From Eledone cirrhosa (Eukaryota), in assembly GCA_964016885.1 (NCBI GenBank), contig OZ024747.1, forward strand, positions 30,132,001 to 30,196,000: DNA of 64,000 nt, written 5' to 3'. Every line of letters starts with the position of its first letter. Position 1 is the stretch's first letter. Positions 15,001-30,000 of the stretch are shown piece after piece. Under the pieces are notes generated by a model. It saw only the letters and a list, made by a program, of their open reading frames with translations. It did no database searches and had not been told where the DNA came from. Made by a program: the position numbers and the translations under genes.

Positions 15001-18000
15001 GTTTTTCACAAATTGATCATTTTACACAGTATTTCGAAAAATTGTTTTTTTTCAAAAAAGATTGATTTTTTTCTTTTGAAATATCTACTTTCTGATTTCG
15101 AAAATTGATATATATTTTGTATTTTTCAAACACAATGTATAAACGCATTTTTTTGAAAAATAACATTTTTTCCAAATACTCTGTAAAATGATCAATTTGT
15201 GAAAAACCTAAAAAAATCAATTTTAGAAGTCAGAAGTAAATATTTCGAAAAGTATAAAAAAATTGATTATTTTAGGTTTTTGATAATTTTACACAATATT
15301 TCGAAAATTTGTTTTTTTTCAAAAAAGATTGATTTTTTTTCTTTTGAAATATCTACTTTCTGATTTCGAAAATTGTTATATATTTTGTATTTTTAAAAAG
15401 TTTTTCAATGTGTCGAAACATAATGTATAAACGCATTTTTTCCAAATACTGTGTAAAATGATCTATTTGTGAAAAAGCTAAAAAAATCAATTTTACAAAT
15501 CGGAAGTAAATATTTCGAAACAGTATAAAAAAATTGATTATTTTAGGTTTTTCACAAATTGATCATTTTAAACAGTATTTCGAAAAATTATTTTTTTTCC
15601 CAAAACATTGATTTTTTTCTTTCGGAATATATACTTTCTGATTTCGAAAATTGATATATATTTTGTATTTTTCAAACACAATGTATAAACGCATTTTTTT
15701 GAAAAAAAACATTTTTTCCAAATACTGTGTAAAATGATCAATTTGTGAAAAACCTAAAAAAATCAATTTTAGAAATCAGAAGTAACTATTTCGAAAAGTG
15801 TAAACAAATTGATTATTTTAGGTTTTTCACAAATTGATCATTTTACACAGTATTTCGAAAAATTGTTTTTTTTCAAAAAAGATTGGTTCTTTTTTCTTTC
15901 GAAATATCTACTTTCTGATTTCGAAAATTGTTATATATTTTGTATTTTTAAAAAATTTTTCAACGTGTATGTATAAATGTATAAACGCATTTTTTCCAAA
16001 TACTGTGTAAAATGATCAATTTGTGAAAAACCTAAAAAAATCAATTTTAGAAATCAGAAGTAAATATTTCGAAAAGTATAAAAAAATTGATTATTTTAGG
16101 TTTTTCACAAATTGATCATTTTACACAGTATTTCGAAAAATTGTTTTTTTACAAAAAACATTGATTTTTTTTCTTTCGAAATATAGACTTTCTGATTTCG
16201 AAAATTGATATATATTTTGTATTTTTCAAACACAATGTATAAACGCATTTTTTTGAAAAAAAACATTTTTTCCAAATACTCTGTAAAATGATCAATTTGT
16301 GAAAAACCTAAAAAAATCAATTTTAGAAGTCAGAAGTAAATATTTCGAAAAGTATAAAAAAATTGATTATTTTAGGTTTTTGATAATTTTACACAATATT
16401 TCGAAAATTTGTTTTTTTTCAAAAAAGATTGATTTTTTTTCTTTTGAAATATCTACTGTCTGATTTCGAAAATTGTTATATATTTTGTATTTTTAAAAAG
16501 TTTTTCAATGTGTCGAAACATAATGTATAAACGCATTTTTTCCAAATACTGTGTAAAATGATCTATTTGTGAAAAAGCTAAAAAAATCAATTTTACAAAT
16601 CGGAAGTAAATATTTCGAAAAGTATAAAAAAATTGATTATTTTAGGTTTTTCACAAATTGATCATTTTAAACAGTATTTCGAAAAATTATTTTTTTTCCC
16701 AAAACATTGATTTTTTTCTTTCGGAATATATACTTTCTGATTTCGAAAATTGATATATATTTTGTATTTTTCAAACACAATGTATAAACGCATTTTTTTG
16801 AAAAAAAACATTTTTTCCAAATACTGTGTAAAATGATCAATTTGTGAAAAACCTAAAAAAATCAATTTTAGAAATCAGAAGTAAATATTTCGAAAAGTAT
16901 AAAAAAATTGATTATTTTAGGTTTTTGATAATTTTACACAATATTTCGAAAATTTGTTTTTTTTCAAAAAAGATTGATTTTTTTTCTTTTGAAATATCTA
17001 CTTTCTGATTTCGAAAATTGTTATATATTTTGTATTTTTAAAAAATTTTTCAGCGTGTATGTTTTTTCCAAATACTGTGTAAAATGATCAATTTGTGAAA
17101 AACCTAAAAAAATCAATTTTAGAAATCAGAAGTAAATATTTCAAAAAGTATAAAAAAATTGATTATTTTAGGTTTTTCACAAATTGATCATTTTACACAG
17201 TATTTCGAAAAATTGTTTTTTTACAAAAAACATTGATTTTTTTTCTTTCGAAATATAGACTTTCTGATTTCGAAAATTGATATATATTTTGTATTTTTCA
17301 AACACAATGTATAAACGCATTTTTTTGAAAAAAAGCATTTTTTCCAAATACTGTGTAAATTGATCAATTTGTGAAAAACCTAAAAAAATCAATTCTAGAA
17401 ATCAAAAGTAAATATTTCGAAAAGTGTAAACAAATTGATTATTTTAGGTTTTTCACAAATTGATCATTTTACACAGTACTTCGAAAAATTTTTTTTTTTC
17501 AAAAAAGATTGATTTTTTTTCTTTCGAAATATATACTTTCTGATTTCGAAAATTGTTATATATTTTGTATTTTTAAAAAGTTTTTCAACGTGTCGAAACA
17601 TAATGTATAAACGCATTTTTTCCAAATACTGTGTAAAATGATCAATTTGTGAAAAACCTAAAAAAATCAATTTTAGAAATCAGAAGTAAATATTTCGAAA
17701 AGTATAAAAAAATTGATTATTTTAGGTTTTTCACAAATTGATCATTTTACACAGTATTTCGAAAAATTGTTTTTTTACAAAAAGCATTGATTTTTTTTCT
17801 TTCGAAATATAGACTTTCTGATTTCGAAAATTGATATATATTTTGTATTTTTCAAACACAATGTATAAACGCATTTTTTTGAAAAAAAGCATTTTTTCCA
17901 AATACTGTGTAAATTGATCAATTTGTGAAAAACCTAAAAAAATCAATTCTAGAAATCAAAAGTAAATATTTCGAAAAGTGTAAACAAATTGATTATTTTA

Positions 18001-21000
18001 GGTTTTTCACAAATTGATCATTTTACACAGTATTTCGAAAAATTTTTTTTTTTCAAAAAAGATTGATTTTTTTTCTTTCGAAATATCTACTTTCTGATTT
18101 CGAAAATTGTTATATATTTTGTATTTTTAAAAAGTTTTTCAACGTGTCGAAACATAATGTATAAACGCATTTTTTCCAAATACTGTGTAAAATGATCAAT
18201 TTGTGAAAAACCTAAAAAAATCAATTTTAGAAATCAGAAGTAAATATTTCGAAAAGTATAAAAAAATTGATTATTTTAGGTTTTTCACAAATTGATCATT
18301 TTACACAGTATTTCGAAAAATTGTTTTTTTACAAAAAACATTGATTTTTTTTCTTTCGAAATATATACTTTCTGATTTCGAAAATTGATATACATTTTGT
18401 ATTTTTCAAATATTTTTCAACGTGTTGAAACAGTGTGTAAATGCATTCTTTTGAAAAAAAAACATTTTTTCCAAATACTGTGAAAAAACCTAAAAAAATC
18501 AATTTTAGAAATTAGAAGTAAATATTTCGAAAAGTGTAAACAAATTGATTATTTTAGGTTTTTCACAAATTGATCATTTTAAACAGTATTTCGAAAAATT
18601 ATTTTTTTTCCCAAAACATTGATTTTTTTCTTTCGGAATATATACTTTCTGATTTCGAAAATTGATATATATTTTGTATTTTTCAAACACAATGTATAAA
18701 CGCATTTTTTTGAAAAAAAACATTTTTTCCAAATACTGTGTAAATTGATCAATTTGTGAAAAAACCTAAAAAAATCAATTTTAGAAATCAGAAGTAAATA
18801 TTTCGAAAAGTATAAAAAAATTGTTTATTTTAGGTTTTTCACAAATTGATCATTTTACACAGTATTTCGAGAAATTGTTTTTTTACAAAAAACATTGATT
18901 TTTTTTCTTTCGAAATATATACTTTCTGATTTACTACTTGATATATATTTTGTATTTTTCAAACACAATGTATAAACGCATTTTTTTGAAAAAAAACATT
19001 TTTTCCAAATACTCTGTAAAATGATCAATTTGTGAAAAACCTAAAAAAATCAATTTTAGAAGTCAGAAGTAAATATTTCGAAAAGTATAAAAAAAATTGA
19101 TTATTTTAGGTTTTTCACAAATTGATAATTTTACACAATATTTCGAAAATTTGTTTTTTTTCAAAAAAGATTGATTTTTTTTCTATCGAAATATCTACTT
19201 TCTGATTTCGAAAATTGATATACATTTTGTATTTTTCAAACACAATGTATAAACGCATTTTTTTGAAAAAAAACATTTTTTCCAAATACTCTGTAAAATG
19301 ATCAATTTGTGAAAAACCTAAAAAAATCAATTTTAGAAGTCATAAGTAAATATTTCGAAAAGTATAAAAAAATTGATTATTTTAGGTTTTTCACAAATTG
19401 ATCATTTTAAACAGTATTTCGAAAAATTATTTTTTTTCTCAAAACATTGATTTTTTTCTTTCGGAATATATACTTTCTGATTTCGAAAATTGATATATAT
19501 TTTGTATTTTTCAAACACAATGTATAAACGCATTTTTTTAAAAAAAAACATTTTTTCCAAATACTGTGTAAATTGATCAATTCGTGAAAAAACCTAAAAA
19601 AATCAATTTTAGAAATCAGAAGTAAATATTTCGAAAAGTGTAAACAAATTGATTATTTTAGGTTTTTCACAAATTGATCATTTTACACAGTATTTCGAAA
19701 AATTGTTTTTTTACAAAAAACATTGATTTTTTTTCTTTCGAAATATATACTTTCTGATTTCGAAAATTGATATATATTTTGTATTTTTCAAACACAATGT
19801 ATAAACGCATTTTTTTAAAAAAAAACATTTTTTCCAAATACTGTGTAAATTGATCAATTCGTGAAAAAACCTAAAAAAATCAATTTTAGAAATCAGAAGT
19901 AAATATTTCGAAAAGTGTAAACAAATTGATTTTTTTAGGTTTTTCACAAATTGATCATTTTACACAGTATTTCGAAAAATTGTTTTTTTTCAGAAAAGAT
20001 TGATTTTTTTTCTTTTGAAATATCTACTTTCTGATTTCGAAAATTGTAATATATTTTGTATTTTTAAAAAATTTTTCAACGTGTTGAAACAGTGTATAAA
20101 CGCATTCTTTTGAAAAAAAAACATTTTTTCCAAATACTGTGAAAAAACCTAAAAAAATCAATTTTAGAAATTAGAAGTAAATATTTCGAAAAGTGTAAAC
20201 AAATTGATTATTTTAGGTTTTTCACAAATTGATCATTTTACACAGTATTTCGAAAAATTGTTTTTTTTCAAAAAAGATTGATTTTTTTTCTTTTGAAATA
20301 TCTACTTTCTGATTTCGAAAATTGTTATATATTTTGTATTTTTAAAAAATTTTTCAACGTGTATGTATAAATGTATAAACGCATTTTTTCCAAATACTGT
20401 GTAAAATGATCAATTTGTGAAAAACCTAAAAAAATCAATTTTAGAAATCAGAAGTAAATATTTCGAAAAGTATAAAAAAATTGATTATTTTAGGTTTTTC
20501 ACAAATTGATCATTTTACACAGTATTTCGAAAAATTGTTTTTTTACAAAAAACATTGATTTTTTTTCTTTCGAAATATAGACTTTCTGATTTCGAAAATT
20601 GATATATATTTTGTATTTTTCAAACACAATGTATAAACGCATTTTTTTGAAAAAAAACATTTTTTCCAAATACTCTGTAAAATGATCAATTTGTGAAAAA
20701 CCTAAAAAAATCAATTTTAGAAGTCAGAAGTAAATATTTCGAAAAGTATAAAAAAATTGATTATTTTAGGTTTTTGATAATTTTACACAATATTTCGAAA
20801 ATTTGTTTTTTTTCAAAAAAGATTGATTTTTTTTCTTTTGAAATATCTACTTTCTGATTTCGAAAATTGTTATATATTTTGTATTTTTAAAAAATTTTTC
20901 AGCGTGTATGTATAAACGCATTTTTTCCAAATACTGTGTAAAATGATCAATTTGTGAAAAACCTAAAAAAATCAATTTTAGAAATCAGAAGTAAATATTT

Positions 21001-24000
21001 CGAAAAGTGTAAACAAATTGATTATTTTAGGTTTTTCACAAATTGATCATTTTACACAGTATTTCGAAAAATTGTTTTTTTACAAAAAACATTGATTTTT
21101 TTTCTTTCGAAATATATACTTTCTGATTTCGAAAATTGATATATATTTTGTATTTTTCAAACACAATGTATAAACGCATTTTTTAAAAAAAAAACATTTT
21201 TTCCAAATACTGTGTAAATTGATCAATTCGTGAAAAAACCTAAAAAAATCAATTTTAGAAATCAGAAGTAAATATTTCGAAAAGTGTAAACAAATTGATT
21301 TTTTTAGGTTTTTCACAAATTGATCATTTTACACAGTATTTCGAAAAATTGTTTTTTTTCAGAAAAGATTGATTTTTTTTCTTTTGAAATATCTACTTTC
21401 TGATTTCGAAAATTGTTATATAATTTCTATTTTTAAAAAATTTTTCAGCGTGTATGTATAAATGTATAAACGCATTTTTTCCAAATACTGTGTAAAATGA
21501 TCAATTTGTGAAAAACCTAAAAAAATCAATTTTAGAAGTCAGAAGTAAATATTTCGAAAAGTATAAAAAAATTGATTATTTTAGGTTCTTCACAAATTGA
21601 TAATGTTACACAATATTTCGAAAATTTGTTTTTTTTCAAAAAATATTGATTTTTTTTCTTTCGAAATATAGACTTTCTGATTTCGAAAATTGATATATAT
21701 TTTGTATTTTTCAAACACAATGTATAAACGCATTTTTTTGAAAAAAAACATTTTTTCCAAATACTCTGTAAAATGATCAATTTGTGAAAAACCTAAAAAA
21801 ATCAATTTTAGAAGTCAGAAGTAAATATTTCGAAAAGTATAAAAAAATTGATTATTTTAGGTTTTTGATAATTTTACACAATATTTCGAAAATTTGTTTT
21901 TTTTCAAAAAAGATTGATTTTTTTTCTTTTGAAATATCTACTGTCTGATTTCGAAAATTGTTATATATTTTGTATTTTTAAAAAGTTTTTCAATGTGTCG
22001 AAACATAATGTATAAACGCATTTTTTCCAAATACTGTGTAAAATGATCTATTTGTGAAAAAGCTAAAAAAATCAATTTTACAAATCGGAAGTAAATATTT
22101 CGAAAAGTATAAAAAAATTGATTATTTTAGGTTTTTCACAAATTGATCATTTTAAACAGTATTTCGAAAAATTATTTTTTTTCCCAAAACATTGATTTTT
22201 TTCTTTCGGAATATATACTTTCTGATTTCGAAAATTGATATATATTTTGTATTTTTCAAACACAATGTATAAACGCATTTTTTTGAAAAAAAACATTTTT
22301 TCCAAATACTGTGTAAAATGATCAATTTGTGAAAAACCTAAAAAAATCAATTTTAGAAATCAGAAGTAAATATTTCGAAAAGTGTAAACAAATTGATTAT
22401 TTTAGGTTTTTCACAAATTGATCATTTTACACAGTATTTCGAAAAATTGTTTTTTTTCAAAAAAGATTGGTTCTTTTTTCTTTCGAAATATCTACTTTCT
22501 GATTTCGAAAATTGTTATATATTTTGTATTTTTAAAAAATTTTTCAGCGTGTATGTATAAATGTATAAACGCATTTTTTCCAAATACTGTGTAAAATGAT
22601 CAATTTGTGAAAAACCTAAAAAAATCAATTTTAGAAATCAGAAGTAAATATTTCGAAAAGTATAAAAAAATTGATTATTTTAGGTTTTTCACAAATTGAT
22701 CATTTTACATAGTATTTCGAAAATTTGTTTTTTTACAAAAAACATTGATTTTTTTTCTTTCGAAATATAGACTTTCTGATTTCGAAAATTGATATATATT
22801 TTGTATTTTTCAAACACAATGTATAAACGCATTTTTTTGAAAAAAAACATTTTTTCCAAATACTCTGTAAAATGATCAATTTGTGAAAAACCTAAAAAAA
22901 TCAATTTTAGAAGTCAGAAGTAAATATTTCGAAAAGTATAAAAAAATTGATTATTTTAGGTTTTTGATAATTTTACACAATATTTCGAAAATTTGTTTTT
23001 TTTCAAAAAAGATTGATTTTTTTTCTTTTGAAATATCTACTTTCTGATTTCGAAAATTGTTATATATTTTGTATTTTTAAAAAATTTTTCAGCGTGTATG
23101 TTTTTTCCAAATACTGTGTAAAATGATCAATTTGTGAAAAACCTAAAAAAATCAATTTTAGAAATCAGAAGTAAATATTTCAAAAAGTATAAAAAAATTG
23201 ATTATTTTAGGTTTTTCACAAATTGATCATTTTACACAGTATTTCGAAAAATTGTTTTTTTACAAAAAACATTGATTTTTTTTCTTTCGAAATATAGACT
23301 TTCTGATTTCGAAAATTGATATATATTTTGTATTTTTCAAACACAATGTATAAACGCATTTTTTTGAAAAAAAGCATTTTTTCCAAATACTGTGTAAATT
23401 GATCAATTTGTGAAAAACCTAAAAAAATCAATTCTAGAAATCAAAAGTAAATATTTCGAAAAGTGTAAACAAATTGATTATTTTAGGTTTTTCACAAATT
23501 GATCATTTTACACAGTACTTCGAAAAATTTTTTTTTTTCAAAAAAGATTGATTTTTTTTCTTTCGAAATATATACTTTCTGATTTCGAAAATTGTTATAT
23601 ATTTTGTATTTTTAAAAAGTTTTTCAACGTGTCGAAACATAATGTATAAACGCATTTTTTCCAAATACTGTGTAAAATGATCAATTTGTGAAAAACCTAA
23701 AAAAATCAATTTTAGAAATCAGAAGTAAATATTTCGAAAAGTATAAAAAAATTGATTATTTTAGGTTTTTCACAAATTGATCATTTTACACAGTATTTCG
23801 AAAAATTGTTTTTTTACAAAAAAGCATTGATTTTTTTTCTTTCGAAATATAGACTTTCTGATTTCGAAAATTGATATATATTTTGTATTTTTCAAACACA
23901 ATGTATAAACGCATTTTTTTGAAAAAAAGCATTTTTTCCAAATACTGTGTAAATTGATCAATTTGTGAAAAACCTAAAAAAATCAATTCTAGAAATCAAA

Positions 24001-27000
24001 AGTAAATATTTCGAAAAGTGTAAACAAATTGATTATTTTAGGTTTTTCACAAATTGATCATTTTACACAGTATTTCGAAAAATTTTTTTTTTTCAAAAAA
24101 GATTGATTTTTTTTCTTTCGAAATATCTACTTTCTGATTTCGAAAATTGTTATATATTTTGTATTTTTAAAAAGTTTTTCAACGTGTCGAAACATAATGT
24201 ATAAACGCATTTTTTCCAAATACTGTGTAAAATGATCAATTTGTGAAAAACCTAAAAAAATCAATTTTAGAAATAATTGATTATTTTAGGTTTTTCACAA
24301 ATTGATCATTTTACACAGTATTTCGAAAAATTGTTTTTTTACAAAAAACATTGATTTTTTTTCTTTCGAAATATATACTTTCTGATTTCGAAAATTGATA
24401 TACATTTTGTATTTTTCAAATATTTTTCAACGTGTTGAAACAGTGTGTAAATGCATTCTTTTGAAAAAAAAACATTTTTTCCAAATACTGTGAAAAAACC
24501 TAAAAAAATCAATTTTAGAAATTAGAAGTAAATATTTCGAAAAGTGTAAACAAATTGATTATTTTAGGTTTTTCACAAATTGATCATTTTAAACAGTATT
24601 TCGAAAAATTATTTTTTTTCCCAAAACATTGATTTTTTTCTTTCGGAATATATACTTTCTGATTTCGAAAATTGATATATATTTTGTATTTTTCAAACAC
24701 AATGTATAAACGCATTTTTTTGAAAAAAAACATTTTTTCCAAATACTGTGTAAATTGATCAATTTGTGAAAAAACCTAAAAAAATCAATTTTAGAAATCA
24801 GAAGTAAATATTTCGAAAAGTATAAAAAAATTGTTTATTTTAGGTTTTTCACAAATTGATCATTTTACACAGTATTTCGAGAAATTGTTTTTTTACAAAA
24901 AACATTGATTTTTTTTCTTTCGAAATATATACTTTCTGATTTACTACTTGATATATATTTTGTATTTTTCAAACACAATGTATAAACGCATTTTTTTGAA
25001 AAAAAACATTTTTTCCAAATACTCTGTAAAATGATCAATTTGTGAAAAACCTAAAAAAATCAATTTTAGAAGTCAGAAGTAAATATTTCGAAAAGTATAA
25101 AAAAAATTGATTATTTTAGGTTTTTCACAAATTGATAATTTTACACAATATTTCGAAAATTTGTTTTTTTTCAAAAAAGATTGATTTTTTTTCTATCGAA
25201 ATATCTACTTTCTGATTTCGAAAATTGATATACATTTTGTATTTTTCAAACACAATGTATAAACGCATTTTTTTGAAAAAAAACATTTTTTCCAAATACT
25301 CTGTAAAATGATCAATTTGTGAAAAACCTAAAAAAATCAATTTTAGAAGTCATAAGTAAATATTTCGAAAAGTATAAAAAAATTGATTATTTTAGGTTTT
25401 TCACAAATTGATCATTTTAAACAGTATTTCGAAAAATTATTTTTTTTCTCAAAACATTGATTTTTTTCTTTCGGAATATATACTTTCTGATTTCGAAAAT
25501 TGATATATATTTTGTATTTTTCAAACACAATGTATAAACGCATTTTTTTAAAAAAAAACATTTTTTCCAAATACTGTGTAAATTGATCAATTCGTGAAAA
25601 AACCTAAAAAAATCAATTTTAGAAATCAGAAGTAAATATTTCGAAAAGTGTAAACAAATTGATTATTTTAGGTTTTTCACAAATTGATCATTTTACACAG
25701 TATTTCGAAAAATTGTTTTTTTACAAAAAACATTGATTTTTTTTCTTTCGAAATATATACTTTCTGATTTCGAAAATTGATATATATTTTGTATTTTTCA
25801 AACACAATGTATAAACGCATTTTTTTAAAAAAAAACATTTTTTCCAAATACTGTGTAAATTGATCAATTCGTGAAAAAACCTAAAAAAATCAATTTTAGA
25901 AATCAGAAGTAAATATTTCGAAAAGTGTAAACAAATTGATTTTTTTAGGTTTTTCACAAATTGATCATTTTACACAGTATTTCGAAAAATTGTTTTTTTT
26001 CAGAAAAGATTGATTTTTTTTCTTTTGAAATATCTACTTTCTGATTTCGAAAATTGTTATATATTTTGTATTTTTAAAAAATTTTTCAACGTGTTGAAAC
26101 AGTGTATAAACGCATTCTTTTGAAAAAAAAACATTTTTTCCAAATACTGTGAAAAAACCTAAAAAAATCAATTTTAGAAATTAGAAGTAAATATTTCGAA
26201 AAGTGTAAACAAATTGATTATTTTAGGTTTTTCACAAATTGATCATTTTACACAGTATTTCGAAAAATTGTTTTTTTTCAAAAAAGATTGATTTTTTTTC
26301 TTTTGAAATATCTACTTTCTGATTTCGAAAATTGTTATATATTTTGTATTTTTAAAAAATTTTTCAACGTGTATGTATAAATGTATAAACGCATTTTTTC
26401 CAAATACTGTGTAAAATGATCAATTTGTGAAAAACCTAAAAAAATCAATTTTAGAAATCAGAAGTAAATATTTCGAAAAGTATAAAAAAATTGATTATTT
26501 TAGGTTTTTCACAAATTGATCATTTTACACAGTATTTCGAAAAATTGTTTTTTTACAAAAAACATTGATTTTTTTTCTTTCGAAATATAGACTTTCTGAT
26601 TTCGAAAATTGATATATATTTTGTATTTTTCAAACACAATGTATAAACGCATTTTTTTGAAAAAAAACATTTTTTCCAAATACTCTGTAAAATGATCAAT
26701 TTGTGAAAAACCTAAAAAAATCAATTTTAGAAGTCAGAAGTAAATATTTCGAAAAGTATAAAAAAATTGATTATTTTAGGTTTTTGATAATTTTACACAA
26801 TATTTCGAAAATTTGTTTTTTTTCAAAAAAGATTGATTTTTTTTCTTTTGAAATATCTACTTTCTGATTTCGAAAATTGTTATATATTTTGTATTTTTAA
26901 AAAATTTTTCAGCGTGTATGTATAAACGCATTTTTTCCAAATACTGTGTAAAATGATCAATTTGTGAAAAACCTAAAAAAATCAATTTTAGAAATCAGAA

Positions 27001-30000
27001 GTAAATATTTCGAAAAGTGTAAACAAATTGATTATTTTAGGTTTTTCACAAATTGATCATTTTACACAGTATTTCGAAAAATTGTTTTTTTACAAAAAAC
27101 ATTGATTTTTTTTCTTTCGAAATATATACTTTCTGATTTCGAAAATTGATATATATTTTGTATTTTTCAAACACAATGTGTAAACGCATTTTTTAAAAAA
27201 AAAACATTTTTTCCAAATACTGTGTAAATTGATCAATTCGTGAAAAAACCTAAAAAAATCAATTTTAGAAATCAGAAGTAAATATTTCGAAAAGTGTAAA
27301 CAAATTGATTTTTTTAGGTTTTTCACAAATTGATCATTTTACACAGTATTTCGAAAAATTGTTTTTTTTCAGAAAAGATTGATTTTTTTTCTTTTGAAAT
27401 ATCTACTTTCTGATTTCGAAAATTGTTATATAATTTCTATTTTTAAAAAATTTTTCAGCGTGTATGTATAAATGTATAAACGCATTTTTTCCAAATACTG
27501 TGTAAAATGATCAATTTGTGAAAAACCTAAAAAAATCAATTTTAGAAGTCAGAAGTAAATATTTCGAAAAGTATAAAAAAATTGATTATTTTAGGTTCTT
27601 CACAAATTGATAATGTTACACAATATTTCGAAAATTTGTTTTTTTTCAAAAAATATTGATTTTTTTTCTATCGAAATATATACTTTCTGATTTCGAAAAT
27701 TGATATACATTTTGTATTTTTCAAATATTTTTCAACGTGTTGAAACAGTGTATAAACGCATTCTTTTGAAAAAAAAACATTTTTTCCAAATACTGTGAAA
27801 AAACCTAAAAAAATCAATTTTAGAAATTAGAAGTAAATATTTCGAAAAGTGTAAACAAATTGATTATTTTAGGTTTTTCACAAATTGATCATTTTACACA
27901 GTATTTCGAAAAATTGTTTTTTTTCAAAAAAGATTGATTTTTTTCTTTTGAAATATCTACTTTCTGATTTCGAAAATTGTTATATATTTTGTATTTTTAA
28001 AAAATTTTTCAACGTGTATGTATAAATGTATAAACGCATTTTTTCCAAATACTGTGTAAAATGATCAATTTGTGAAAAACCTAAAAAAATCAATTTTAGA
28101 AATCAGAAGTAAATATTTCGAAAAGTATAAAAAAATTGATTATTTTAGGTTTTTCACAAATTGATCATTTTACACAGTATTTCGAAAAATTGTTTTTTTA
28201 CAAAAAACATTGATTTTTTTTCTTTCGAAATATAGACTTTCTGATTTCGAAAATTGATATATATTTTGTATTTTTCAAACACAATGTATAAACGCATTTT
28301 TTTGAAAAAAAACATTTTTTCCAAATACTCTGTAAAATGATCAATTTGTGAAAAACCTAAAAAAATCAATTTTAAAAGTCAGAAGTAAATATTTCGAAAA
28401 GTGTAAACAAATTGATTATTTTAGGTTTTTCACAAATTGATCATTTTACACAGTACTTCGAAAAATTTTTTTTTTTCAAAAAAGATTGATTTTTTTTCTT
28501 TCGAAATATATACTTTCTGATTTCGAAAATTGTTATATATTTTGTATTTTTAAAAAGTTTTTCAACGTGTCGAAACATAATGTATAAACGCATTTTTTCC
28601 AAATACTGTGTAAAATGATCAATTTGTGAAAAACCTAAAAAAATCAATTTTAGAAATCAGAAGTAAATATTTCGAAAAGTATAAAAAAATTGATTATTTT
28701 AGGTTTTTCACAAATTGATCATTTTACACAGTATTTCGAAAAATTGTTTTTTTACAAAAAGCATTGATTTTTTTTCTTTCGAAATATAGACTTTCTGATT
28801 TCGAAAATTGATATATATTTTGTATTTTTCAAACACAATGTATAAACGCATTTTTTTGAAAAAAAGCATTTTTTCCAAATACTGTGTAAATTGATCAATT
28901 TGTGAAAAACCTAAAAAAATCAATTCTAGAAATCAAAAGTAAATATTTCGAAAAGTGTAAACAAATTGATTATTTTAGGTTTTTCACAAATTGATCATTT
29001 TACACAGTATTTCGAAAAATTTTTTTTTTTCAAAAAAGATTGATTTTTTTTCTTTCGAAATATCTACTTTCTGATTTCGAAAATTGTTATATATTTTGTA
29101 TTTTTAAAAAGTTTTTCAACGTGTCGAAACATAATGTATAAACGCATTTTTTCCAAATACTGTGTAAAATGATCAATTTGTGAAAAACCTAAAAAAATCA
29201 ATTTTAGAAATCAGAAGTAAATATTTCGAAAAGTATAAAAAAATTGATTATTTTAGGTTTTTCACAAATTGATCATTTTACACAGTATTTCGAAAAATTG
29301 TTTTTTTACAAAAAACATTGATTTTTTTTCTTTCGAAATATATACTTTCTGATTTCGAAAATTGATATACATTTTGTATTTTTCAAATATTTTTCAACGT
29401 GTTGAAACAGTGTGTAAATGCATTCTTTTGAAAAAAAAACATTTTTTCCAAATACTGTGAAAAAACCTAAAAAAATCAATTTTAGAAATTAGAAGTAAAT
29501 ATTTCGAAAAGTGTAAACAAATTGATTATTTTAGGTTTTTCACAAATTGATCATTTTAAACAGTATTTCGAAGAATTATTTTTTTTCCCAAAACATTGAT
29601 TTTTTTCTTTCGGAATATATACTTTCTGATTTCGAAAATTGATATATATTTTGTATTTTTCAAACACAATGTATAAACGCATTTTTTTGAAAAAAAACAT
29701 TTTTTCCAAATACTGTGTAAATTGATCAATTTGTGAAAAAACCTAAAAAAATCAATTTTAGAAATCAGAAGTAAATATTTCGAAAAGTATAAAAAAATTG
29801 ATTATTTTAGGTTTTTCACAAATTGATCATTTTACACAGTATTTCGAAAAATTGTTTTTTTACAAAAAACATTGATTTTTTTTCTTTCGAAATATATACT
29901 TTCTGATTTCGAAAATTGATATATATTTTGTATTTTTCAAACACAATGTATAAACGCATTTTTTTGAAAAAAAACATTTTTTCCAAATACTCTATAAAAT

